NCBI GenBank assembly: GCA_051294375.1
Contig: CM119263.1
Coordinates: 3,249,232-3,313,231, forward strand
Length of the DNA stretch: 64,000 bases
DNA from: Paraspadella gotoi
Lineage: Eukaryota > Animalia > Chaetognatha
Direction: 5' to 3'
Positions 12,701 to 24,300 of the stretch are shown one piece after another. The notes below the pieces were generated by a model, which saw nothing but the letters and a program-made list of their open reading frames with translations, ran no database searches and had not been told where the DNA came from. Position 1 is the first letter of the stretch. Each line of letters opens with the position of its first letter. The position numbers and the translations under genes were made by a program.

Positions 12701-15592
12701 CTACAATGACAATGTTGGGTTTTTTGGATATCGAACAATTGTGTGATTTGTTAAAACGGAAGTTCATGTTGTGGAAGAAACAAAACCACGACACCGATGT
12801 CACAGCATGTATTTTGTTTTTCCACTTTTTTCACGTTCCTTTTTATTTGTTTAGTTTCTAAACTTATAATTATTTAGGTTTCATATCTTTTTCGCTTTTT
12901 TCCTATTTTCTCGATTAAAAAAATGTTCATCTCAATAAGATCGATATGGAGATAAAGATCGAGGTTTAAGAACCTCATTGAAACCAGGTACAGTAGTTTT
13001 CTTTTTTATCGGATGCGACCCGACCTTAGCTCCGCTCTAAAGAAACGCCTCTGTGTTATTTTCAGCGGGAAGAAGGATATTACCAGGTTTTATCAGATTG
13101 CGGACTGCGGTGGATTTTTTCCGTTTACCTTTGCTACAAAAGTTACCCTAGGAATTAAGCTTTCCCATTTCTTTTTACGAGTGCTGTTATCTTAAACGCG
13201 TCATTTACAGTCAATTACTTATTATACGCTTCTCATTATTAAATTGGGTCGACGAGCTAATAATATAAATTCGAACGCTCTATTTGAGTTTGTATCTTTG
13301 CTGTCTTAATTACGGACCGGATCGCTTTTCTACTGCTAAGCGAAAAAAAAAATATGTACGTACTTTATTATCCTAAAAGGAGTTTGGCTAATTTTTAAAT
13401 CGCATTCAGTCGTTCAGCGTTGGTCCGTAAAAACAAATTTATATTATTGGCTTGGTCGGAAATTTGGTGATCTTGTTGTGTCCGAGTGTTTGATGAGTTA
13501 TTTCAAGGTAAAGCCGCCCAATTACTGACCAATGACCATTGCATCTTCCTCTCCTTTCACCAGATGGCACCGAAATCGTTGAGGTAACGACGGCGGTGAT
13601 CGCGGGCCCGCCCGACACGGACGCCTCGATCGCAGGTGGGGAAGGAGGCGTGGTCGTCGTCACGGGCGCCGGGGATGCGCGTCTCAACGGCGATCACGAC
13701 GAGCATGCTCCCGTAGTGTCCTCACCCGGTATGTTTAACGGCCCCGCATGCGAACGAAAGTGAAAGTCTCGAGCGAAAAGAAGCTCAAAAAAAAAAAAGA
13801 AAAAAAAGAAATGAAATCGAATCCAAATTTAAGTTAATTTTTTTTGGTTGCTTTGGCTTCTTTGGCTTTCACTTTGTTACTCACAATAATTTTGTCATTA
13901 AACGACTCACTTTGTTTATAAGCATTTTTTATTTTAATTAGACTTTGGAGTGATACCAATTAAGATAGATGCTACTTTGCGTCACTTAAGTATTTAAACT
14001 AAGTTTTAATGTTTGTCAACGATATTTTCATTGTTGAAACTTGAATGAAATAAGCATGATTTGTTTGGTTAACACATCGCAATGCACGATAAGTATGGAA
14101 AAATAATAATATTTTAATATTTACGTCTGTTTTGAGATTAAACTTTATCACGAGCAGTATTCAAAAGTTTCATATTTTTTTTTGCGCTGAGATATAAATT
14201 TTCTCAACTTTTGGTTCATAATAGCACGTGATTTTTGTTTCCCCCATCCATCCCTCACCCCCTCAAAAAACCGCATTATTGCTCCGTTGTTTTTTCCGTC
14301 CGCGCGTTGAAAATCTAAACCGCTAAAGGTAAAAAAGGCAAAGCGTCTTTAAACGTGGAGGAGCATCCCTCTGTGATAAGGTCTTCTTCCTATCGACAGT
14401 CCACTGCCGGCGACTCTCGCGAAGGTGATGGTTCAGAGACACGAATTTCCAATAAACTCCAATAGATTATAATTAATTGGCCCATAAAACGAAACAAAAA
14501 ATCCCTCATGTTTTGGTGCCAGGTTGATTTGATTTCAATTATACCCACCACTATTCCCGTTAGAGAAACCCTCCCATAACCCCGTAAACCGCCGTCATAA
14601 CCTTGGTCGAGCTTCGGTTTACCCGTTTTAATGTTGTTCGGTGTCCATGTATTCATTGTACTCCAGATCCAGAGAGAGACCCTGTAGCTATTCAACGTTC
14701 CAAATCGGCACGATCGTCTTTCTTCGGTCGAAAGAAAGGTATCATAGTCGCGACTCCTCACTTTCGCCAATTTAAAAAAACCGCACTTCGCTCTCTCCGA
14801 CTCGATTATTTCCGACACTACACTTTCCTCATGTCCAGTTTCTTCACCATCTCCAATTGAGTAAAAGATTTTCTGTCATGCGACTGTTACAATACTTTGC
14901 TCTCTACATTACTGTAGTTGAACCTGTGACAACTATTTTTAGTCTAGGGACAGTGGGACACAGACCCATCGATTTTTTACTATTTCCTGATATCCGAGGC
15001 CCCACAATTTTTTTTTAATTCACCCTTACCCTCTTTTTTTCTGCACCGTATATTAATGACCTATTTTCTGTACACCTTTTGCTATATTATGTAATATGCT
15101 TCTTTAACTAAGATTCTCTTTTATGATTAACAATGTTAATTATTTAAACTATTTGACTTTTCTGTTTAGCACAACCAGCGTCTCCAGCAAAATCGGTGAC
15201 GTCGACGCACAGCGAAGCAGAAGTGAGTTCGAATGTCGATCACAATTAATTTTTTAGCAGGTTTAATTTCGTTCATTTGCATGTCTCAATTAATAATATT
15301 GTTTGTATTATTTTCTATTCAGTTGGATCAAACTCCGTCCTCGCCATCCAAAGGAGAATCCTCTGCGACATCTGGAGATAAAGACAAGAAGAAGAAGAAA
15401 TTTAGGTAAGATATTTTGTATTTGACTCGGTGTAAAATTAGATCATTTATATCCTAACAAGATTATCTCCTTTACCAAAGGGCTCCATCTTTTCTCAAAA
15501 CGAAAAAGAAGGAAAAGAGCGGAAAAGGAAAGCACAGTGAAGGCGACTCTTCTATCGAGGAGAAAAAGGACAAAGAGAAGGCGGCACAGTGA
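6785..15592 (+). CDS. ADD: Adducin (hts/ADD family), ~18 coding exons
   Basis: GT-AG exons 6785-6989, 7281-7427, 7491-7684, 7919-8067, 8358-8478, 8593-8697, 10395-10512, 10572-10723, 10894-11034, 11122-11238, 11314-11438, 11588-11792, 12131-12215, 13564-13728, 14667-14738, 15170-15222, 15323-15405, 15481-15592. Adducin motifs: [42 protein letters not shown], class II aldolase-like head ([30 protein letters not shown]), [29 protein letters not shown], and MARCKS-like tail KKKKKFRAPSFLK. Confidence 0.96.
8876..9786 (-). CDS. Nested antisense gene in adducin intron 6: ~222-aa putatively secreted DUF4174/DUDES-domain (CCDC80/SRPX-like) protein
   Basis: Exons 9786-9601, 9493-9318, 9249-9111, 9043-8876 have canonical GT-AG ends and compatible phases, with no internal stop. 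Protein: hydrophobic [16 protein letters not shown], then [50 protein letters not shown]...[16 protein letters not shown]...[14 protein letters not shown]...IKCP. This matches the CCDC80/SRPX domain pattern FRxRRRLLxISAP..Y..Q...C.F..RH..IL.LLG..LLVxKDGxVK..ID...RRQE...CP. Start codon choice is uncertain. Confidence 0.85.
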
Positions 15593-18315
15593 TCGTAGCG
15601 ACGCCAAATTTCGTCGCCGCTTCCGGTCAGAATTGCAAAACCGACGCGCTTTTTTTTTTAAACGGACCGGCGCGCACCTGTGCGTCTAGGATTTCGTTTC
15701 GCGAATTTGGTTTGAGGAACTGTTCCAAGATTGGTATGCGACTTATAATCGTTTTAAAATGGGTCTTAAGGACAAAACCGAAGATCATGAGTGGCGCTGT
15801 AAGGTTCATTGATCGCAAGTTTTTTTTTTTTTTTTTTTTTTTGTATTAGACGATTTCTTTTTTCTCAGTTTTTTTTATTTAAACTCGTGTCTTTCTCCCC
15901 CGGTTTTTTTTTTCATTTTGTTCTTTTGTTTTCTAATTTTCGGAAGAAAGAAATTGAAGTCCTAAATATCTTCCTTCGATTGCATTTTTGAATCTTCCCG
16001 TCGCGTTGATGATTTGGGATTTGGGAAATTAGAATTAGAATGATGTCGAGATGCGGTTAATCTGAAACTTGAAGGACACCAAGCTTGTCGTTAGATTGGC
16101 TCTTTGTTTTTAATAGTTTAGATTCATAGAATTTGTACCTTTTGTCCAATTGTATAGTCAATTTTGGCCGCCTGATTTTTTTTATCAACGAGTTTAAATC
16201 ATATCAAGTATGATTGGAAGGTTTTTAAAATTTTTAAGAAATTATCCGATATCAATTTTTTTTCTCAAGGCTGTTTTTGATACACTTAACAATTGCGAAT
16301 AACCAAAGCTGCATAGATTACTACTACCAAATTATTTTTTCATTCGTGCAATAAGTCTGATTAAACCGGCAGACTGTAACTCCCTATATTTATAATAGGA
16401 AGGAAATGTAAAACGCTTTCCAGTGATCAATAGTCCATCCGCTTTATTTTCGTTCGTCGCATGTGTAGTTTCCTCCCGAAAACGGGATAATATTTTCTTT
16501 GTCTTTCTCAGAACAAAGCATGGAAATTAACCAAAAGAGGAAGAGAGAGCGACATGTAAAAACTAGTCTTGGTGATTCATAGCGTAGGAATATGTTATCA
16601 AATAAATGCATATAATAATAAACCCTTCGTTGCTCGCTTAAAGTGAAAAAAAAAATCACTTAAATTTCATCCATAAAAAAATAATGATTCGGGTTTCACT
16701 GCATTTTCATGTCTTTTAAAAAAGATTACTCCCACCTACGCGTTGCTTCGTCTAAATTTATTCTGCCTATAATAATGGCTGTTGCACTGTATTTATTTAT
16801 AAATTTTAAATCCTGGTCTTATTTAGTAAATCTATTATTTGAGCTACATTTGGAATAAACAAGGGCTTTCGAATAGTGGTCAGAATGGTAGTGAGAATTA
16901 ACTTTTTTTAAATTATTCTTATGTTACTTAAAAAATAAATACATTGACCGTTATACTATAGATATTAACCGTAAAATTTTTTTATCGAAAATGAACTACG
17001 ATCTTAATTCAAAATTATTTTTCGCTCTCGTTCAGTGATATAATCGAGCTTTTCAAAAATACTTTTTGTACATTCTAGAAGTATTCCTAAATTTTTTTTC
17101 CTTTTCTTTTTGAATTAAAAACTTCTTAAAAAGTCGCCTTCAAAGTACGATTGGCTGCGTATAAAAACTGCACGGGTTCACATTTCGCTTAACGACTAAG
17201 GTTTGTCATCACCGATCATTTTATTATTATTAAATTTGAATCATAAAGGGCGAGAGCTTGTCTTTACAACGGATAGGATGAGTAATATCTCCTGTCAGTT
17301 TGCCTAAAAACTTGAGTCCTGCTTTTCTTCCAAGAGTCAGAAACGTAACGAATCGTACTTAATACTTTTACATGAGTGTTGCTTCGTCCTTCGTGTATTT
17401 TTTCATTTTTAACGCTTAATTCTTTTGTTGAATTGCAAGCTGTTAACTTTTCCTGGCATTATAAAATTAATGATCCTTTCAATCATAGATTTTTTTCCCT
17501 TGTAATTCACAACTTTTTTTTGTTGAGACATTAAATTGATTAATTTTAAACAGAATACTAATTTCTGAATTTTTCGTTGAATTTTATCATGTGTACCATT
17601 TGCTTCAGTGGAATGTTTAATTAAATCCGACGTCCTCAAACTGTCATTTTGCGGACTATTACTTCTACTTTGGGATTATTTACTTATTTAAAACATTCGG
17701 AACAGTCCAGACTCTAGATACACTTAATTCCAAGATGAACTATTTAGCTATTTTCTGCCTTTATACCTCTGATACATCGTTTTAGAAAACCGACCAAAAA
17801 TAAAGTGGACAATTGATTCAGGAGGCCAATTTTAATGACAATACTGACAAAAGTCGATACAATTCCGAACTAAATAAAAGAAATCTTGACTAAATTAGTA
17901 AATATAAAAAACGAAAAAGAAATTGCGACGAAAGAAAAAAAGACGGTGACTCTAGAGAATTACGAGAACCAATTCGTGGACATTAATTAACTCGTGGATG
18001 AGAAAAACACCATCGAGACTAGACAGAAAAAAATAGGGAGGGGGGAAGGTTTAACACAAACGGGAGAATTCCTAGGATATTGTATTTTAACTTACATAAT
18101 CGATATTTAACTCTGTCCTCGTTTACTTATTAACTTATTATTGAAGTCTTTATATCCTTATTTCATAAGCGTACTTGTTTACTCTAACTTGTGTACTCTA
18201 AAAACAAGTCGAGTTCAACCAAGTGAGGTCCAAAAGCAAAATATCGCCGAATTAAAGAAGAAAATGATTGTACTGTGTGCGTCATCATCTCTGTCGGTAT
18301 CGAACGCAGCGAAGG

Positions 18316-21300
18316 TCAGAGACGCGTGGCGCCGCGGATCGATCGAACGGAAGAGTTGGCTGCGGCATGATGCTGCTGCTGTTGCTGCGGAGTTGGCGAG
18401 GGTCGGTTGGGAAGTGGCTGTGGGATTGGGGATGGGTGGCCACCGAACGGCTTCGCGATCGGCGAGGGGCGTTTCGGAAGCGGCGGCGGCTGCTGAAGTT
18501 GCGAATCAAGCTGATGCTGCTGCGGAGGCGGCGATATGCGAATGCCCGTCGCTGTGGGGGAAGTCTGAAACGCTGGCGAAAGTTTGGCGGCCGGCGGGGG
18601 TGGCGGGGGTTGCGTCGGCGGGGCGGTGGTATGTTTGGCGGGAAACGAAGGAGCGGCGTCCACGGGAGACGCCTCCGTAAACCGTGGACGTGGACGCGGG
18701 CGAGAGGAGACGCGGCGTTGCGCCGCCGTCTCCGTCGCTCCACGACGCCGTCTCTTCGTGCGACGTTCCAGCTGAGGCGGCCGGGAGGTCCGGGTCTTCG
18801 GGGCCGTTTCCCGCCGCCGCCACTGCCTCGTCGCGGGGTGGCGGCGGCGGAGGCGGCTCGTGCTGCGCTACGAGCGACTGAAGCTGCGCGGCGGGAATTC
18901 CAAAGAGAGCGGAGCATCCCTCGATCATCCCTTGGACAATCTGTTCCAGAAGACGAGTCGAGGCCGCCATAGATTCGAACGACGTGAATGTCGGGCGGAG
19001 GAGAGTCGGCCACCTGGAGGAGGAAAAATAAATGACGAGATAATATGAATGTATAAAACATCAATGATGACGTCGTGAGTTATATTATTTGACAGTGATA
19101 AGCGCAGGATTTAAAAAGGGACATGTGCTTGAGGTTAACTTTTCAGGATCGATTTCAATATGGCGCATTGGCAGTTAACTTTTTAATCTCACTCAAATTT
19201 TACCGAGGTTTATTATTCTTAAAATAAACCGCAAAGCAACGGTGGCTCCTTACCAGACGATGGCTAGGTTCTTGGAGTCCATGTTGTTAAGGTTGCGGTA
19301 AGACTGAATGACGAAAAGGTGCTGCATGAGATACTTTAAGATGGCGAGGTTTGCTTCCGGAAGGTGATTGAGGACACGTTTGAGGTTGGCTTGTCGAAGT
19401 TGGGGATCGGGGACCTTAAGAGTGAAATAAAAATTACCATTAATACTAAATATACTTAGTTTTACTTACTGTCTTCGACAATGTCGTTTTTCAGCGAAAA
19501 AATGCATAGTAAATTAACAGCAATTAAGAATACAATGATTATCATTATGTAATCGGCAGTAAACTTGAAGAGAGTGAAAAATACCTGGTAATTATTAGCA
19601 CCATTAAATTTTGCCTCTTTAAACTTACCCTCTCTCCTAAACTCACTTTGTATGCCTCTAAGAGATGATCGTAGAGCGAAGAAGGAATAAGCGGTTCGGC
19701 CAAATCGTTGAAGAAACCCTTGAGCGCGGTGGCGATGGCGTTGACCGGGATATCCAGGTCTGGAGGCGGGAAGACCGAGTCTGGGCCGAACGGGGTCGCG
19801 CCGACTGGCGTGGTATCGGGGTCGGCGTGGCAACGCTTCACCAGCTCGTCCACTTGCGCCTTGAAGTTTGATTGATAGGGTGTTATTTCATTGATTGACC
19901 TAACTTAGATTTGAATTAATTGATTAGATTGACTTGTTATGATTGATGACCAATTCGATTGATTTTTATGATTTTATCGGTTGTCTTTTATATTTTTAAT
20001 CGAAAGATATCGATAAAAAGTTAAAGTTTTGTGATACCTTGTTTCCGGGAACCCTGTAAATTCCCTCGACGTCGATTCCTTCCTTCAAAATGTGCAAGAC
20101 GCACTTCTCCACAAAGAGAGGAACATTTGGCACTGATTCGCTTTTGGCAAAATCTTCCAAAAGAGTTCCTGAAAACACCAAAGAGACGCGAGATAGAAAC
20201 AACAGGAATTAATTGTGCCTTTTTCTCTCTCGGAGAACAAACAAATAACAGTAACAGTGTATAATTCCCCTGCTGGACGGGGTAAACTTAGACAAACTTT
20301 GTCCAAATTTTTTGGATGTTAAATCGGCCAAAAGAGAGAGGGAACCCTCATTCTGAAATTGACATTTTTACCGAACAGGTGCAACAGTCAAATCCCCCGC
20401 CCTTTCCTTACCAGTCTGTCCGGGTAAGACGACACCAGCCCCTGCAGCTCCTTTCTTCTTCGCCAGCTTCTCTCTCTTCCTCGCCTTCTTCTCCTCTTCC
20501 CTCTGTCTCTTCTCCTCCTTCCGCCTCGCTTTCTCCTTGGGATCGCCCCTGCCCCTCGTGAACTTTTCTCTCCAAGTGGCGGTCCTGCCGGGCAGGTGAG
20601 TGGTGGGCAGAGCGGGCACGGCGGCGGGGTCGTCCCGACAGGGCATTGTCTCTCCGTCGGCGTTGTAAGGGCAGACGTCGGTGGAGGGGCCGAGAGAGCC
20701 GAGGGAGAAGGGGGGCATCTTTGGCCGCCAGGAGGAGGAGGAAGAGGAGGAGGACGCGGTAGCGGGGTCGGCGGCGGAAGAGGATTCCACGGTAGAGGTC
20801 GCTTTTCGACGGAAGGAGCGTTTCTTCGCCGGGCGAGATTTCTCTTCTGGAAATAAATAATGAAATTAATTAATTCAAATTTCAATAAATAACCGCGCAC
20901 TGGGCTTACGCTTCATCTCTGAACCCAGTGGTCTCGGGTTCTAGGCCTGGTCGGAACGGACTTTACAACAGAGTGATAGGCCGGTTAAACTCACCGCCGG
21001 ATCTGAAGTTACGGAAAGCAAGGCAACTGACGGAAAAATATCATTGGGCAAACTAACTGTGGGGGCTATTCACACCCTCAGTGAGGCACGGCGACCCCCT
21101 CTCCTCTCGGTCACTTCAAATCCTAAAAATAAGTCAGGGCGTCCCAAAAAAGTTTGAAGACAAACTATGTGAACACTTCTAACTGACACTAAGTGATAAA
21201 TTTTAAAAGTACATCCAGCCTGACCGAATTAAACAAAAAATAACCTCATCAATAATCAACCCTAAAAGCAAACGTAACTAAATCAAAAGCACGAAAAAAA

Positions 21301-24300
21301 ACAAACAAAAAAACAAAACGGATCGGCGCGGTTCTCTCCTAGCAACGAGAAAACAACCTCGACCCTCCCCGCCTCAACTCACTGTTTCTCCCGGCGCCGA
21401 CGGTCGATCTCGGGGTTGACCCTTCGGCCTCGTCGCCCGTCCCGGCGTCGGATCCTTCGGACGGTGAATGCGGGCGCGTCAGATTTGGCGGCGCCGGCGA
21501 GGACCGTTTCTCGTCGGCGCCGCGGCCGAGCGACGGGTGGGAATTACGGTGCCGATGCGCGGCGCGATTACGATTGCGGTTGGCGCCGCCAGCGAGGCGT
21601 TGCGGGTCGGGGAGGCGATCGTCGGAGGCGTTGGAGAAGCTTCGCGGTTTGGCGGCGTCGTCGGCGTCATCGTCCATGGGAACGTGACTGGCGTGCGTCG
21701 CGGGCGCAGCGTGACTCGCCTGGCGTGGCAGGCCCCTTCGTCGTTCGTAGGAGCTCCATTCTGTGTGGAAAAATGAGAGATGGTGGAGGTCAGGGGAAGA
21801 TTATGACCAATTGACCATGTATATTAGACAATTATAATTTAACCTAAACCAGCTATACCGAGAAGTTTTTAAACCTTTTAATGTCAGAAACCAAAAGTTT
21901 CTTGCGACTATTCGTCTTCCATAACAATAACTGACAGGGAAAAATTCGTTATTCATTTATCAACGAAGCTTATAATTCAATTGTTAATGTTATTTAATTT
22001 TTATTTCCTTCGAGCCTCGGGAGAATTTTTGGTGGGCATTTTCAATTGATTGCAAGTCTAAAACCGGTTGGCGTTCCCATTTATTTCTATCAACTCTCGC
22101 AGATCCATTGAATACGCTCTACACCGCCATAGACTGCAACCGTGGTAAATTAGGTTAGAGCGCTCCGCCACTCCTTAAAACATCCTCGAACTGTGACGCA
22201 CCTTTTGACAACAACAGCAACAACAACAACCGTTATCCTCATTGCCAACCTGATTCCGAGGATTCGTTGGTGGCATCGGCCAAGGGTGCGCTCGCCTTCC
22301 GCTGCCGATGCGGCGATTTCATCACGGCGTCGGCGACTTTCCCTGGCGTCGCGATCACCGCGTCCGCCACTTTGTCCATCTCGCGGCGAAAAGTGGAACG
22401 TATCCTATTTATTTTGCGCGGGAAAGAAAAAAAAGATCAATGAATATTGAGAAGAAAAAGCCAAACAAACATAAGAAACATAATTAGGACTATAATTTGT
22501 GCTATATTTACCGGACTTTCCAGTTCGTTACTCACCTATGCAGCTTTCCTTCGGGTAAGGCATCGTGGACTGAGGCGTAGTTGGAAGCGTCTTCGCCGTG
22601 GGCGGAAATCGCGTCTTTGACCTGTGAAACGAAAAAGAGGTTGTAAGAAGTTTCGCGGTTCTGTCTGCCTGCTGCAGTTCGACCTGCACCATCGTGTGGC
22701 TAACCTGAGCGTAATCGGTTCCAACCTCCAAACTCTCTGGCGTCGCTAACGGAGCCGTAGTGGATCTGTTATTCGAAAATCGTTAGATAGTTTTAATTCA
22801 ATAGTGAACACAAACAATAATAAATTAATAATTAAAATATAGAAGAAGTTTGAAATTTATAGAAAATCTTAGTTACTTTGGCGTGGCATAAATGCCCTGG
22901 TGCTGCTGCAGATGTTGCTGCAGATTTTGATGCTGCGGCGTTCCGTGAGGATGCGTCATCCGGTTAAGGGAAGACGATCTCGCCGCCATTTCGGCGCCGT
23001 CGGCAAAAGGAGCGCCAGACTGCGGCGTCATGTTCATTTTGGACAGGGTGTCGGTAACATGCATGTAAGCGGTCATGTTGAGTTTGCCTGCAAAAAAAGG
23101 TAAGAAGAAATGTATTTAGAGAGAAAGACGGGCAGACATAAAGACAAAAAGAATGACAGAAAGCAGAGAGACGGACAGAAAGCCTGACAGACCAGAACTC
23201 GCAGACCGACTAAGTCAGGTAGACAGACGGACAGAAAGACCTGATCAAAACGAACCGGGTTTAGGTGCGATCTTCGGTTTGTTATTTCCGGCGCCATCCA
23301 CGCGCGGCGTTCCCGGCGCGGTACAATCGAATCGAGGCGCCGCCGACGCCGGGAGGGAAGCGTAAAGATCGTTGTCGACCCAGGAGGAGGAAGAAGAAGA
23401 GGGGATGGGCGTGGAGGCCTGCGGCGAGGGCTCCACCCCGAGCATCGGCGACGACGACGAGGAAGTGGGAGTGCCTTGCCAGAAGTTCTGTTGTTGAAGG
23501 CGGTTGTCGACGCGGGGCTTGGAGGAGGAAGAGGAAGAGGAGGCGCCGAAGGAGGAGAGGGATGGAGGAGGTGGAGTTTGTTCATAGAGTTCGTTGTCGA
23601 TCTGGAGAAAGTTAAGGAAAAAAAAGATTTAAAACTGAAACGAAAATTAGATTATTTAAAAGAGGACCCAGGAATGATGGTCATTCGCACGGAAAAGTAA
23701 AACTGAGGCAGCTTTAAGTCTTGCTGCCACAAAACAAAATATTCGCAGGTCCAAGCTGCTTGAATCTTGAAACGTTTTCAAAGGATAAAAAATAAACTCA
23801 GCATTTGTGTTCAATTTCGGACAACATTTTTTTAATAATCGTGAGTTGACAAAAAAGACTTATCTTGGAGAATAAACCGGTTTTTAGAGGTTAAAAATAT
23901 TTTTTTCCTAATCAGTCCTGATAAGCAGAAAATACGTAATCGTATGTAACGCTTTTTGTTTTGTAACTGCCGAGGTAAATATTTGATGACAACTGAATTG
24001 AATGTAACATCAAAACCGAATGAAGATGAAGATTGCATGGCTTCGAGTATTTGAATATACCCTGTCCTATCCTTGTTTTTCCATCGTAAATTGTTTTGTT
24101 ATTGTTCGTTTAAATTCACCTGAAAGTTGGGAGACGCCCTGACGCCAGCGTAACTCCACCTAGCGGCGCTTCCATAGGCGTCGCCACTCCCACTCCCGCC
24201 CATGTTCCGCGGGAGACTCCCCCCATTGTACGAGGGCGTAGGCGATGTCCCTCCGCTGCCGCCCGACAGTTGAGACGTGTCGGGCGGCGGTTTGAGTCCG

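Noticed and set aside
18141-19064. Long overlapping ORFs on both strands (179, 234, 259 aa)
   Set aside because: Stop-poor shadows of the GC-rich last p190 exon; Arg-rich and without recognisable motifs
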